64,000 nt of DNA from Nitrospirales bacterium (lineage in GTDB: Bacteria; Nitrospirota; Nitrospiria; Nitrospirales; UBA8639). The first letter of the stretch is position 1. Each line of letters opens with the position of its first letter. Under the pieces are notes generated by a model. The model made no database searches. It was not told the origin of the DNA and was given only the letters and a program-made list of their open reading frames with translations. Shown one piece after another: positions 1-12,058 of this stretch. The position numbers and the translations under genes were made by a program. Where the stretch lies: contig CBDBCZ010000018.1 of NCBI GenBank assembly GCA_965203295.1, positions 2,432,001-2,496,000 of the forward strand. Direction: 5' to 3'.

Positions 1-3000
1 TTAGAGTACGAAGCAGACTTAGGGTAGTCGTCCACATTATTCTTGTAGTTTAAATTGTCTATGTACATAGTCTATGCTGCTCCGGGGAGGACAGAAACCT
101 GTAGGGGCGGAGCTACATTTCGGCTCCTCCCCTCGGGATACGATTATGGGTGTGGGCACCAGACTAGCTCCGCCTCTACAACCTTTAGCACATAGCGATG
201 TGTTAAATTCCACACGGAGATTTGCAGCTCGCGTGTTGTTACGCATATTCGTGTTGATGCAACACGCGTGTATCGAGCGATGTGCCGTTTCAACACGCGA
301 TCTGCAGAACAACACGCATGCTCGGCTTGTCTGTGTGCTGTTTCAGCACTGGCATTTTTGCAGTGTACAAATACATCCCTTGCTAGGTCTACCATTTCAC
401 AATTTATTTAGTGACGCTTTCTTACTACACAAGAAATTTACATGCAAATGGTGGACCACACGGCCGGATGCAGTTTCATATACACATATACATATGGCAG
501 GTACTAAACAGCTACATGTAGCAACCAAGTCTACACAGGATGAGCTGTGAAAAGCAAGACAGTGTTTTGTTGTAGTGTTACTTAGTGCACAATAATATAC
601 TCATATCGCTGCCGCAGTGCCCATGCCATTGACCACGCACCCACATATGCAGGCGGAGCTAGTATTATTATAGCTAGGAAGATGAACCATTACCTAGCTG
701 CTCAAGGTTATTCTCTTGCTACTGTCAAAGGTCCCATCATCCAAAACATTGCTGAAACCATTATTATGGATCTACTAGAAAATAATGACTTACATGCACA
801 TAATATAACAAGGACAATTTGCATACTGAAAAGTTTATTTTCAATTGAAGTGCACTTAACTGTAAGGGCAATAAATTATTCATTCTGGGCAGCTCACTTC
901 ACCTGCATCTCATGGCAGAAGCATGGATAGGACCCCCGTGCCAGGCCACTTTGCAGAGTTGAGAGGAGGGGGTCCCAGAACCTCAGCACAGCCTGGGGCT
1001 CTCCTTCCGGTGGGCAGAAGAGGGAATTCAGGCAGCTAGCCAGTGTAATCTCCAACTCAACTGGGATGTCACTAAAAAGAAACAAAACTTCTAGTAAATA
1101 ACAAGTCTGAGTGCACAGAGTGTCTACCTGGTTTGAGACTGTATCATGTAAAGATGGCACGGATTCACAGCATATTAGCAATCACCAGTAGCTGATCCTG
1201 CAATGTGCTCCTGCACTGTCCATTTTTTAAAGCAAACCACCTCTCGCGTAAAACGGACGAGGGGCGGGGCTACACCAATCATGCTGCGCATAAGCTAGCT
1301 CAGATTTTTTTATACATGGGTCCCTGAAGACTTATTTTTCGTGTTCACACCAGTGAAGGATTGTATCATGCTCAAAATACCAAGACTTTCGTGCAGTCAG
1401 CCCATTTAACCGCTCCCTTCCATACCCATAGCGATGTTTTTGATCTGGAAAGCTATAGTGCATACATTCATTACTAATATACCATGTGATTAAGCTATAT
1501 ACAGCATAATTATGCTTGTAGTTGCTTATCCTGTACTGAAAATTAGTTCACCAATAAATTGTCTACCTGTTCAGACATACACTTGAAGACTCATTCATAG
1601 AATATCTATAATATGACTACATGACAACAGCAGTGGCAACACCTTAGTCCAGCGCACCAAGTCATATTTATCCTGGCAGGACAACTGAAGAAAATAATTC
1701 ATTTTAAACAGCATGTGGACAAAAGTTGTCATGGCTTCCAATTCTAATTAACAGTCCATTCCTTCCATGTCAATGGAAAGCCCTTAGTTAACTCTAATGA
1801 TAGCTTCCAGTTCAATTCAAATTTCAAAATCAAGCTAGTGGCTAGCTGCATTGGGGTCTATTGGAAAGCCATCGGGAGCTGCTTTGAGTTCAGGTTTGGG
1901 TAGGCAGTTTTGAGAATGTTTATACCTCTACAACATTGCATGATAACACTTTTGCCCAGCACACTAATGCCTTTGATCTTCTAATTAGTATGGGACAATG
2001 CCTTTGATCTACTTAATAGTATGGGCCAATAAACTGTAGTCTGTAGTCTATTGAGCAGCATATGTAACTACTGCACTGATTAATATCATGTGCAAGGTAA
2101 ATGCTTTACCTCACACAAGCAGTTGCTCAATAAATTCATATTAAGTGAAACACGCATGTTTGATTGGTACAACTACATGACATTGTATTATAATGAGAGA
2201 TTTCAGTTTATATGGAGGTAAAGATTGGAGGGAAGGGCTGTAATAGCTGGGTAAATACAGGTATATGTATACCTTGGGAGCTACGTACAACAATCAAACA
2301 AACTCCCATTAATGGAGTCAGTTCAATCAACTTATTGACACTGTCAGATTATTTTGAAGGCCAGATATTTATGTGTACCTTGGGCATATATACAGCGCAC
2401 AGGTTTCTCTGTGCATAACCTGTTACTTTATCCAGACTCACATGGTATTTTCTTTTATGCAACCAATGAGTGATGGAGGTTGAACTTTGGCTCAATTCTT
2501 ACAACTGTGAATAATCAACTATGTTTGGTACAGCAATTACCTGGTTTATTATTTGCGTAGTACCATGTTACATTGCTACTGAAATTTCCTTCAGAGCGGC
2601 ATTCTACAGCAAACTTCTCCCCACATCAACTAGGTATACATTTGAATTGCTGGTTGTTGGAATGATCTCAAGAGATGGGAGTATACCTTCAAAGATGTAA
2701 CCAAAGGTACTCAGATACATATATGTACGGTAACAAGTGTGTCCATGTCGCCATGAATCTATATCTGTAATGACACAATGCAGAAAGTTTATATATGGAG
2801 TGTCATTTCATGCCTCGTGCAATTGTATATACCCAAACTACAAAAAAAAATCAGTTTGCAATACTTTGGCACACCATAACAAGCCTTATGGTATAGGAAT
2901 GCATACAATGGAGTAGAACAGAAGACAGTAGAGGTCCTGAAATAGAATTTGAGTACGCTAAGCGGTTAAAGTGGGTTTCAGGAGCATTCAAGCAGGTTCA

Positions 3001-3112
3001 GTGGCTATTGCAGATCTACCAACAGATGCTCAAGGTGTAAAGTAGTTTATGACCATATGTGGGAGTATACCATGTTGCTATGGAGGATTACACCTCATCA
3101 AGATTCTACATG

Positions 3113-3288
3113 ATATATAACATATGAACCATGTCCAATCGGTGAATAGCATTGCTATACCACTTGCTGGTGTTCAGAGGTTTATACCTTGGGCCTGTGG
3201 CCCTCATGGTATATTACCAAACACCTCCACTGTAGGTAGTATATCACTGATATACATGTACACCTCCTGGCCATGGTTTATATATTAA
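3113..3288. mobile_element. Short palindromic MITE-like element (Crypton-type nonautonomous style)
   Basis: Imperfect inverted ends (atata..aaccatg.cca / tggccatggtttatatat) around a central gggcctgtggccc hairpin. Confidence 0.35.
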
Positions 3289-3739
3289 TGAACTCTCCTT
3301 TAGGTGTGGATTATCGTACACTCTTAGAAATGAAGTGGTGACAGCACACCTATTTAGGTGTGCTGGAGCGGTGTCACACAGCACACCTGTTTTTAGTGTG
3401 CTTGGTACACCGTTATTAAAGGTGTGTTAAGTACACCAAAGTGAGTGTGGCAATCACACTTCCTTTGGTGTGCTCTGCACACTTATAGGTAACAAAGTGT
3501 GCCATGCACTCCTATAATTACAGCATGAAGTGTGCTTTGCACTCCAAATTCTAGAATAACAAGTGTGCTGTACACTCTCATAATTACAAAGAGGTGTGCC
3601 TTGCACCCTGACTTTTGGAGTGTGTTGTACACTCCCATAATGAAAGGGGAGTGTTCCTTGCACTCCCATGATAATAAAACACTCACAAGTAGCCATTGTG
3701 GAATAAAAATTTAATTAGTGACAGCAAAATTGTACAATA

Positions 3740-4850
3740 CAGCATATAGTAGTAAATATATTAATGTTCAGGTAATAAAATACAAAAAGCAGTTTGTGAG
3801 ACTGCAATGCATTCTGTACTTGCGCTTGTACGATTGAAGTTCCTTCTGCCACAGCATGGCTTGTGAGAGTGCCTTCAACCACCAGCAGTGCATGGTTATG
3901 GCTGCTGTAACTCAGCAGCATCTACTTAGGGATCACAAGTTTCCTGCATAGAAGAGGATGTAGAATGTATGCACATAACAGCATGCAGACTTAGCACACA
4001 GTGTGATATGTATGTATGGACAAAATACTTACCGCATAAAGTCTACCACATTGTTGAACGTGGTCACACAGCATTGAGTGCAAAGTACTGCAAGGGTGAG
4101 AGTAAGTGAACATTCAATAACCCCTGTTCAGTACAATTTGGTGAAGCTCACACACTCCCAATTAGGTGAGATAAAGTCTGCTCAAAACCATAGCTGTCTA
4201 TGTATGTCAAAACCAGTCCTACGTGTACCTCCATAATAAACAGGATTAGTACAGTTTAATCCTCCCCAGAGAAGCTAGCTATTGTAAGCTAGCTAGATTA
4301 TGTATAACCAACACAGTTAGGGGAGAGAGGCCATAGCTCTTCTTTTCCAGTTCTTCCATCTTGGTATAGTTACTGCAAACAGCTTTCCTTGCTGACCTGT
4401 ATATGGAACAAATGTTTTATAGTACTTTGCTTTGCAGTTACTGTACATAAAACAAGCTATCACACTGTGTGCTAAGTCTGCAAGCTAACTCAGTTTCACT
4501 TACTTTTAGTAGGTAATCTTGGTTGGTGATGGCTCAAACTCTTGTGTGAAAGCTCTTGGAACAATTCCAGCAGGACTTGTCATTGCTAAGCAATACTAAC
4601 TATAACTTAACTGTAGCTAGCTATGAGTGGTAGCAGTAACTGTGACAATTTTTGAAAAATTCACACCAGACTACATTCCAACTACAGGTGACAATAGCAC
4701 GTGTGCATTCTCTTTTAATGATTTTTAATCAACATTACATCATACAATACTGTACTTTGCCATCTCTTACGTAAGTACTGCAGGCTTCCCTTGCAGGACC
4801 TCAAGAAATTTCCAGTACGGATGCATGACTCGCCCTTGACTTAGCTGTTG
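3740..4850 (-). pseudogene. Spliced, degraded internal gene of the EnSpm-like element
   Basis: Minus-strand GT-AG introns at ~3944-4032 and ~4397-4503; C-terminal NALQSHKLLFVFYYLNINI resembles the LFxxYYxxN motif of accessory ORFs of animal EnSpm elements (from memory, not searched); in-frame stops. Confidence 0.4.
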
Positions 4851-5114
4851 TACTAATGGTTGTGGGCGAGAGTGGGTGAATACTTAATAGCATGCAATTT
4901 TGTTACCACATTTAAGTTAACCCCTGAAATCTATACTAATTAAAAAGCAGTTCACTAGCGTATAGTCCTACCTCCACCCCAATAACATGGGCAAGTGTTT
5001 CCCTGAATGCTAATGGTTGAGAGTGAGAGTGGGCGCACTTTCCATAACTCCTTTTCGGTACAGCTTCGATGAACAGTCAATAACTCCTTTTCGGTACGAT
5101 TTCGTTAGCTTTTA

Positions 5115-5390
5115 GAAGGTCACACCCCCCTGATAGGTGGAAGTCAACTCAAAACCAGTTCACTAGTCCTACCTCCATCCCAATAAACAGAAGAAGTAGT
5201 TCAACTCTCCCCTGAATGCTGTTGTAATGACAGTTGTGGGTTAGAGTTGGTATATAACTCTTTTTCGTAAGCTTACTGAAGGTCACACACCCCTGTTAGG
5301 TGGAAGTCAACTCAAAACCAGTTCACTAGTCCTACCTCCATACCAATAAACAGGAGAAGTTGTTCAACCCTCCCCTGAATGCTGTTGTAG
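5115..5390 (+). repeat. Tandem duplication (~160-bp period) inside the EnSpm-like element
   Basis: aggtggaagtcaactcaaaaccagttcactagtcctacctccat occurs at ~5135 and ~5298; a partial third copy lies near 4950-5010. Confidence 0.8.
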
Positions 5391-7407
5391 TCATGAAACA
5401 CACAGCCCCTTACTAGGTTAAAAATTGGTGGTTTTATATACCTTCATATCCCATCAAACAGGACTGAGAGCTTGAACCTAAATTGTGCATCCTCCCTTTG
5501 TGATGTGGTAGAATCATTGCCTAATTATGTCTCCTCTCTTGTATAGTTTGCATGTGTAAAGTGTAGGATCTAGAGATTCCGTGACTAATGGTGACAGCTA
5601 GTAGATTAAATGTTCACCTGAACCCCACCCACAAACGTTTACATTTAGCCCCACCCACTTTTTGTGTATGTACAATCATGTATACAACCAACCTATAGGA
5701 TGTCTTCTGCGAGTGCTGCATCAAATGTTGAGGTTGACGGATACATCACAGCCTTGATCAATGTTTTTGAGATAATCTTATGACCTGGTAGGCGTGTACT
5801 ATTGATGTGAGGGTGGAGCTGCTCTGATGAGGTGTGCTGATCACACCTCAGTCAGGTGCAGTGTGCTCAACCCACCATAAGTGTAAAAGTGTGTTTAGCA
5901 CACCTGTTTTCATAATTGGTGTGCTCTGCACCCTTCCTTACAGCACACCTCTTAAAATTAGTGTGCTATGACCACTTGTAAAAACACAAGTGGTGTGCAG
6001 TACACACTGGATTACAATGATAGTGTGCCCTGCACACTTCTCTTCACAGCACACCAGTGGTGTGCTGAGAAACTGGTGTGCTAGTACCACTCAAAGGTGT
6101 GCTACCGCCACCTCATTTCTAAGAGTGTATAGACACGCCATGGTTAAAGTTGAAAGAGGGCTGGTTCAAGCAGGTTCTGAGAAGATGAAGTACCCTGTGA
6201 GCATCAAAACTTGAATGCATCTCAGACTGATATATACCCACAGTTCAACTTCTCACAATTTGCCCTAACCCATATGATTGTACTTGATGATCCACAGGAT
6301 AGTCTCAATGTGGTTCACATCCAATATATGAACGTGAGCATTTATCTGACAGTCATGTAATAGTTTAGCTAGCTAACCCGAACTGGTACCCACCTAGGAT
6401 CGCTCTATGGCATGCAATTACACAGCAATCTCCTGGCACTAGATCATACATGACGTACCTGGCTGCAGTACACCAGTCGTTAAAACACAGGCAACTGTAC
6501 AGCCAACAAAGCACACTGGAAGTGTGTAGGACTACCTAAACCCACTTCTCCCGTCGAGATACTGCAGGAAATCTCATAGACTGTAGTAGGTGGGGATAGC
6601 TAGCCTCGTTCCCAGGCCTCCGCACAGCTTTTGTTGCCAAAGAGTGACGTGTACTTTTTATGCATGGAGTTGTAAGTTAGCAGTACATGTATAGGCTACA
6701 ATTTACTGCATGTAGCTAGCAGTGTATTTTTTCTTGTATACATGTAGGTAGTTCTGGAAACCTATACATGGTATATGAAGGTCTTCAGTGCTAAATGGGA
6801 GGGCTAGAATCTGATTAGCATTAGGAGAAATTTCTTTAATGCTGCAGTATCTTATCTCCCTCTCTCTCTCTCCCTCTCTTGTGTAGACTGCATGAGTATG
6901 TGATGGATGATAAGTTGAATGACAAGAGCTTGCCACTGACCAAGTAAGATATATTATATTACTTTAATGATCATGCTATTTGCATGCAATCACCATTATG
7001 TATCTCAAATTTTATAGGTTATGTCCTGGTACGATGGCCAGGAATGATACGAGCTTTTGATGGCAAGACATCCATGGCATGATCCGTTACAATCAAGACT
7101 GTAGTACTCTCTATAAAATACTATACTCCATTTGCTTGCTATAATATACATGTTCAGTATTGAATATTACCGTCGAACAGAGGTTGCATGCTGCTTATCT
7201 AACCAGTTTTAAATTACCACATGCTAGCTCACAGATGCCATGATTAGCCCTTGAATGCAGGACTTATTCATGGCTTGCTGACTTACATTTATATCAGCTA
7301 TACATTAAGAATTGGCTGGGCCTTTAGCATAGATCAATCCCAGGTAATGAGCCCAACCTTTTCCCAGAGAATACAGGGCCTTCCGTACGTAGCTGCCGTG
7401 CGCTCAT

Positions 7408-7498
7408 ACCCGCGGCGGTACCAGCCCTTGCCCGCGGCGGTACCCGCCCATGCCCCGGCTGCGGTACCCGCCCATGCCTGCTGTGCCCGCGGCGGGTG
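7408..7498. repeat. GC-rich ~21-bp minisatellite (cccgcggcggtacc motif); mirror copy at ~51030-51140 has one extra unit
   Basis: Repeated gcggtacc(c/a)gccc units read directly. Confidence 0.75.
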
Positions 7499-7859
7499 AA
7501 CCTTCTCGGCCACCGTACAAAACAGCAAGGGTTTATTTGGGGAGGGTGCATGTGAAACATTCCCGCTCTCCCTCACCGCTGGAATAACTTACAGCGCTCA
7601 TTGTGCACGACATCGCCTGCCTTTCAGTTTTCATGATGACGCGCATCATTGCTATTTATAGTAAATAGCCTATAATGACTACCGTAATATAGCTTACGTA
7701 TAATGACTACTTCACGGACCATAGTCGTGTGCATGCTAAATCAATGGATCCGTTGGTCCGGTCCGTCGCCGTCCGGTCCACACATCTAACGCTCCGGAAA
7801 ATGACGCCATCAAGAGGCGGGGCTCGATTTGCAGCGTAGCTAATTGGCTTGATTTGCAT

Positions 7860-8890
7860 AGTTTTCTGTGTATTTCGTTGCCCTAAAGAAGCCAACGCAG
7901 TTGGTGGAAACGTTGGCAAAAGGAAAGTTTTTAGTTCATCAATGGCCGGAGAAGTAGAATAATTCGTAATTCACGGATAGCCAGCCAACCAAGAGACCTT
8001 CAATCGGTGACATAGTGCTTCCTCCTCTCAGGAGCTATTTTGGCAACAGCAAAAGGCAGCAGTATCGAGGGGTGATTCCCAGGGCATGCGCTGGCACCCT
8101 CTCATGTTTAGATGGCACTTGTACATCCATCATCGTTCCGTAAGGGTACTTTAATGATACAGTTGGCAGTATTGTCTTTTCTTAATATTATCTGTCCATA
8201 TGTGAATCAGGGGTGTTGAAACTCCCATCACAATACACCTTGCATGACTACATGCATTTATGCCATTGCAAGTCCTGAGAAAGTCAACAACATGCCGGTT
8301 GAAGCTGCTGAGGTGAAGGGCTGTCCCGAGCGCATCAAGTATGCTTAGCTGATTCTAGATGAGATGCATGTACGCGAATACCTTGTTTATTACAAACACA
8401 CTGGTGAACTTATTGGTTTCACCAACCTTGGCGACAACAATGATCACCTGGGTACATACGAAATGGCTCTCAGTGGTGGTGTGCAACCACTGTCCTTGGC
8501 GATATCTGTGATAGTTTTCATGTTGTTGGGACTGTTCAACATGTTTTAGGTCCCCTGTCCTTAGATCCCATGCAGTACTCTGACAGGAGAGAAGCTGTAC
8601 ACTCCATTCTGGGATGCTGTGGGCAGAATTGAAAGTCGTGGCCTGAAGGTTAGTACATTAACGCATATTTGCATATATATAGCAGTTCACAGTTTATGCT
8701 TATCTATTTAGGTATTAGGAGCTACTTTAGATGGCAACTCTGTGAATCGTGTGCTCATGAAGTTGCATAGTGCTGGATCTGAAATGGTGCACAACGTACC
8801 AAACCCTTTTACCTCGAAAGATAGGCAGCTATTCTGCTTCTCAGACCCTCCTCATCTTATGAAGACTTCCAGGAATGGCTTGACCTTTAG
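7860..8890 (+). pseudogene. P-element/THAP9-like DDE transposase relic (left copy)
   Basis: Motifs FWQQQK..GMRWHPLMFRW, LILDEMHVRE.LVYYKHTGELIGFTNLGD, VLGATLDGNSVNR, PNPF..RQLFCFSDPPHLMKTSRN (the DxxHLxKxxRN signature); 63-bp GT-AG intron at 8649-8711; frameshifts and stops; truncated after the RN motif. Confidence 0.85.
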
Positions 8891-9299
8891 CCAGCAAGAA
8901 GTCACTCTGGGTATGTATGTGGACCGTAGTGAATAGCCTTGTTCGGCTGGGGAATATGCTACATAGTGCATAGCAATACCCGATGCAGTGAGAAGAGCAT
9001 CTCGTGGCACCACAAAAGTGCTCTTCGTGAGGAATACAGGAGATCCTCTGACGTACCTTTGACTCAAAGAGGGGGATAGGCGAATAATACATCATGGGAG
9101 GATAATACGTAGTTTACGATAATATCTCTACCCTCTACAGGTGGCCTGATCATGAAGGTACGTGACGAGAGGTGTCTGCATTAGGAGGCGCTTTGGCCAG
9201 ATTATATGGAGTTGGGTCTGCTACATTTCTAGATCCGTGCATACAAATATTCTTGTGTGCAAGCCCTCTAATTAGAATGCTGCTTCCAGCAAGAGAAGC

Positions 9300-9985
9300 A
9301 GTATATACACAGGTGTACAGAGGTATACCAGGGTATACCCGTGTATACCTGTGTATACTTGTGTACACCAGTGTATACCTACGTATACCTGTGTGTACCC
9401 ATTTATACTTGTGTATACCTGTGCGTGCTTGTGTATACCCGTCTGTACCTGTGTATACTCGTGTATACCACAGTATACCTGTGTATAATTGTGTAGTTTT
9501 ATGTTTACCCATTTATGCCCGTGCATACCCGGGTATACCTGTATACCTGTGTATTCTTGTGTATACCAGTGTTTGTCCGTGTACTATGTATACTTGTGTA
9601 TACCCGTGTATACTTGTGTATACCCATGTTTACCTGTGTATACTCCTGTGTATACATGTGTATACCCATGTAAACTTGTGTATACTTGTGTATACTTGTG
9701 TATACTTCTTTATAATTGTGTATACCAGTGTATACATGATGCATACGTGTTGATACCCGTGTATACTTGTGTTTAACTGTGTTTACTCGTGCATAGTACC
9801 TGTGTATACATGTGCATACGTGTTTATACCAACGTATTCTTATGTATACCGGTGTTTACCCGTGTATACAAATGTAGATACCGTGTATACCTGTGTTTAC
9901 TTGTGTATACCTATGTATACATGTGCATACATGTGTATACCAGTGTATACTTGTGCATAGCTGTGTTTACTCGTGTATACAAAAT
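9300..9985 (+). repeat. GTATAC-based ~10-bp satellite, outer block
   Basis: Degenerate (TGTGTATACC/T)n. Confidence 0.95.
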
Positions 9986-9989
9986 GCAA

Positions 9990-12058
9990 GTACATATTAC
10001 TTAGACTTCCACTTCTAGGGTTTATGGCAAATACATGAGGTCAGTATTCACCGAGGAAGGTTATCAGTACTGACCGAGTGTTTTGCCATAAACCCATGTT
10101 TGTGGCAGTCTAAATGGTTTGTATCCCATAGGTAGCCTAGCAACCGGATGCACAAGTCGTCACAGTTTCTTAGTGTATCTATGCAGCAATCCTATTCAAT
10201 AAGTAGGACATCAAGTTTGCTATGCGTATTCAATGCAACACGAATGCGATTTGGTTGCCTGCCAGTTTGAATCGCTATTAGCAAACTGTAGCTAACTATG
10301 TCATGGGCTATACCTAGCGAATTTTATCTCGGTTTAGACTTTTGTTGTTGCAAGAATTTTGGTGATAAGGCTTCAGATTACACGCCAATGCGTGCTGCTA
10401 CAGTCAGTGGCCCGAGTATGATGATCGATCGGATTATATGGCCGACTTTTTACCCACAAAGAAGCAACCCAAGTTAGCTGAGAAAGAGAATCAGCACACA
10501 AGCGAGGGTTCTGTGAAGCTACGTGGCTAAGTGAGTTTGTCGCTTATAGAAAGTGAAGGGTAAGAAGAAAGTCAAAAATCGTTTCGGCGATACATCATGT
10601 GGAAAAGCTTACCAATTAATCAAAGGGATATGTACCTCAGTACACAGAAGATCACGCAGTGGGCCATGCGAGCAGTGGCAAGTAGCTAGATGTGTTCGGA
10701 GAAATCCCGTTCTCGATAAACTACTTCAAACACCCTGTGATATTGGTACACTTTTACACAGGTTATCCCTTTTTGTAAGTGAGGTCAGAAAGGCTGACGG
10801 TTCTTTGTATGCACCGAAGAGCTATTATCAGCTTTTGTGTGGTATTTTGCGTTACATGAAGCAGCAAGACCCATTTACCCCAAACTTTCTCGAGGGCAAG
10901 GATGGCTGCTTTAGCGAGCTTCACAGCACATGTGAGTCTGTGTTCTGGCAGCTGTGAGAGAAGGGTGTTGGAGCTGATTAGCCCTAACAAAACTGCTTCT
11001 ACTTCCAAGGAAGAAGAAAACATGCTTTGGGATAAAAAGATTCTCGGCACTTCAAATCCACTGATGTTGCAAAGAGCTGTGTTTTTTTTCTGTCGGGAAG
11101 GTGTTTTGTTTACGGGGAGGTGAAGACCAGCGCGAATTAAAGCCTAGCCAGTTGATTTGTAAGAGCAACCCCGATTGGTACGTCTACGTGGAAACAGGAA
11201 GTAACAATCAAACTGGTGGTTTGAAGCAGCTAGACGCTGAGAATAAAGTTGTCCATGTTTATGCTTCACCAGCTGATGGGGAGCGGTGCTTGGTTTACCT
11301 TCTTTATTTCTACCTTAATAATTACCGCCAATTGCGCTTGAAAAAGATATTCTGTATATGCAACCAAAGAATCAGGTTCCTTATGATCCAGCACCATCAT
11401 GATATAATTGTTAGCCAGTTGGAAAGCACAAGTTGAATGGTATGGTTGTAGCAATGTTTGAAGGAGCGTAAAACAAACCACTTGTTACGAGTAACTGGAG
11501 CTACTGCATTGTACACTGGGGAGGTTCCAGAAAGGGAAATACAGCAGAGAACAGGGCATAGATCACTGGAAGCCCTCAGCAAATATGAACGTACCAGTGA
11601 GCAACAGCAATAGGCTATTTCACACATGCTCGTTTGCCTGCAGAGTAGTCATACCATGATAGTCTTGTACCTGCTCAGTCTAGGCCATTATCAAAAGTTC
11701 ATTAGTCATCAGTTAAGTCACAAACCCATGTATCATCGCATGTATGTGTACCACCAAATTTCAACCTTCACAGCTTGTTTTTGGCATCTATTGGTGGAAC
11801 AATCAATATTTGCCCACAGGGTAACCTAGTTACAAATGTTGTAAACACCCCTTCATACTTTCCTTCATCTATGTATGAGGATTGTGAAGAGGTTGACCAC
11901 CTTGTACAAGATGCTTGATTTGATTGAGTGTTTATATCTTGTGAACTTTTGCACTTGCATGGCATGTGGTTTATCTAGATAAACCCTAGACAGCTGGGGT
12001 TTGTAGTATACATGTGCATGCGACACTTTTGAACCGCCCACGCAGTGGGATACTACCG
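9990..12058 (+). mobile_element. Crypton-type tyrosine-recombinase transposon relic (DUF3504/ZMYM-like), left copy; coding relic ~10438-11920
   Basis: Fragments LSLFVSEVRKADGSLYAPKSYYQLLCGILRYM, EEENMLWDKKILGTSNPLMLQRAVFF, FCLRGGEDQRELKPSQL (catalytic R), YVETGSNNQTGG, RKTNHLLRVTGATALY...IQQRTGHRSLEALSKYER (HxxR, H and Y); 5' hairpin gggtttatggcaaa...tttgccataaaccc (10018-10095); many frameshifts. Confidence 0.9.

Larger units (their letters stand above)
3319..6127. mobile_element. CACT-ended (CMC/EnSpm-like) DNA transposon, non-autonomous, 2.8 kb
   Basis: TIRs CACTCTTAGAAATGA (3319-3333) / TCATTTCTAAGAGTG (6113-6127); flanked by TA on both sides (2-bp TSD); dense subterminal gcacacc/ggtgtgc repeats at both ends. 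Confidence 0.85.
2240..6234 (+). pseudogene. Degenerate EGFR/insulin-receptor-like receptor tyrosine kinase gene, interrupted by an EnSpm-like element and truncated at the palindrome edge
   Basis: Manual translation of exon-like pieces: L-domain-like LNFGSILTTVNNQLCLVQQL (~2480-2540); Cys-rich furin-like QVCPCRHESISVMTQCRKFIYG..SCNC (~2735-2830); kinase subdomain I/II-like MVKVERGLVQAGSEKMKYPVSIKT* (~6140-6214; cf. EGFR [20 protein letters not shown]). In-frame stops and frameshifts are present. Confidence 0.45.

Noticed and set aside
74..1181. Short ORFs and a possible minus-strand exon at ~900-1070
   Set aside because: No recognisable homology or gene structure that I can support.
6235..6245. 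TA-flanked CCC..GGG ends as Tc1/mariner or piggyBac termini
   Set aside because: TA is self-complementary and so uninformative here; there is no TTAA and no matching transposase, and a gene remnant continues across the right end.
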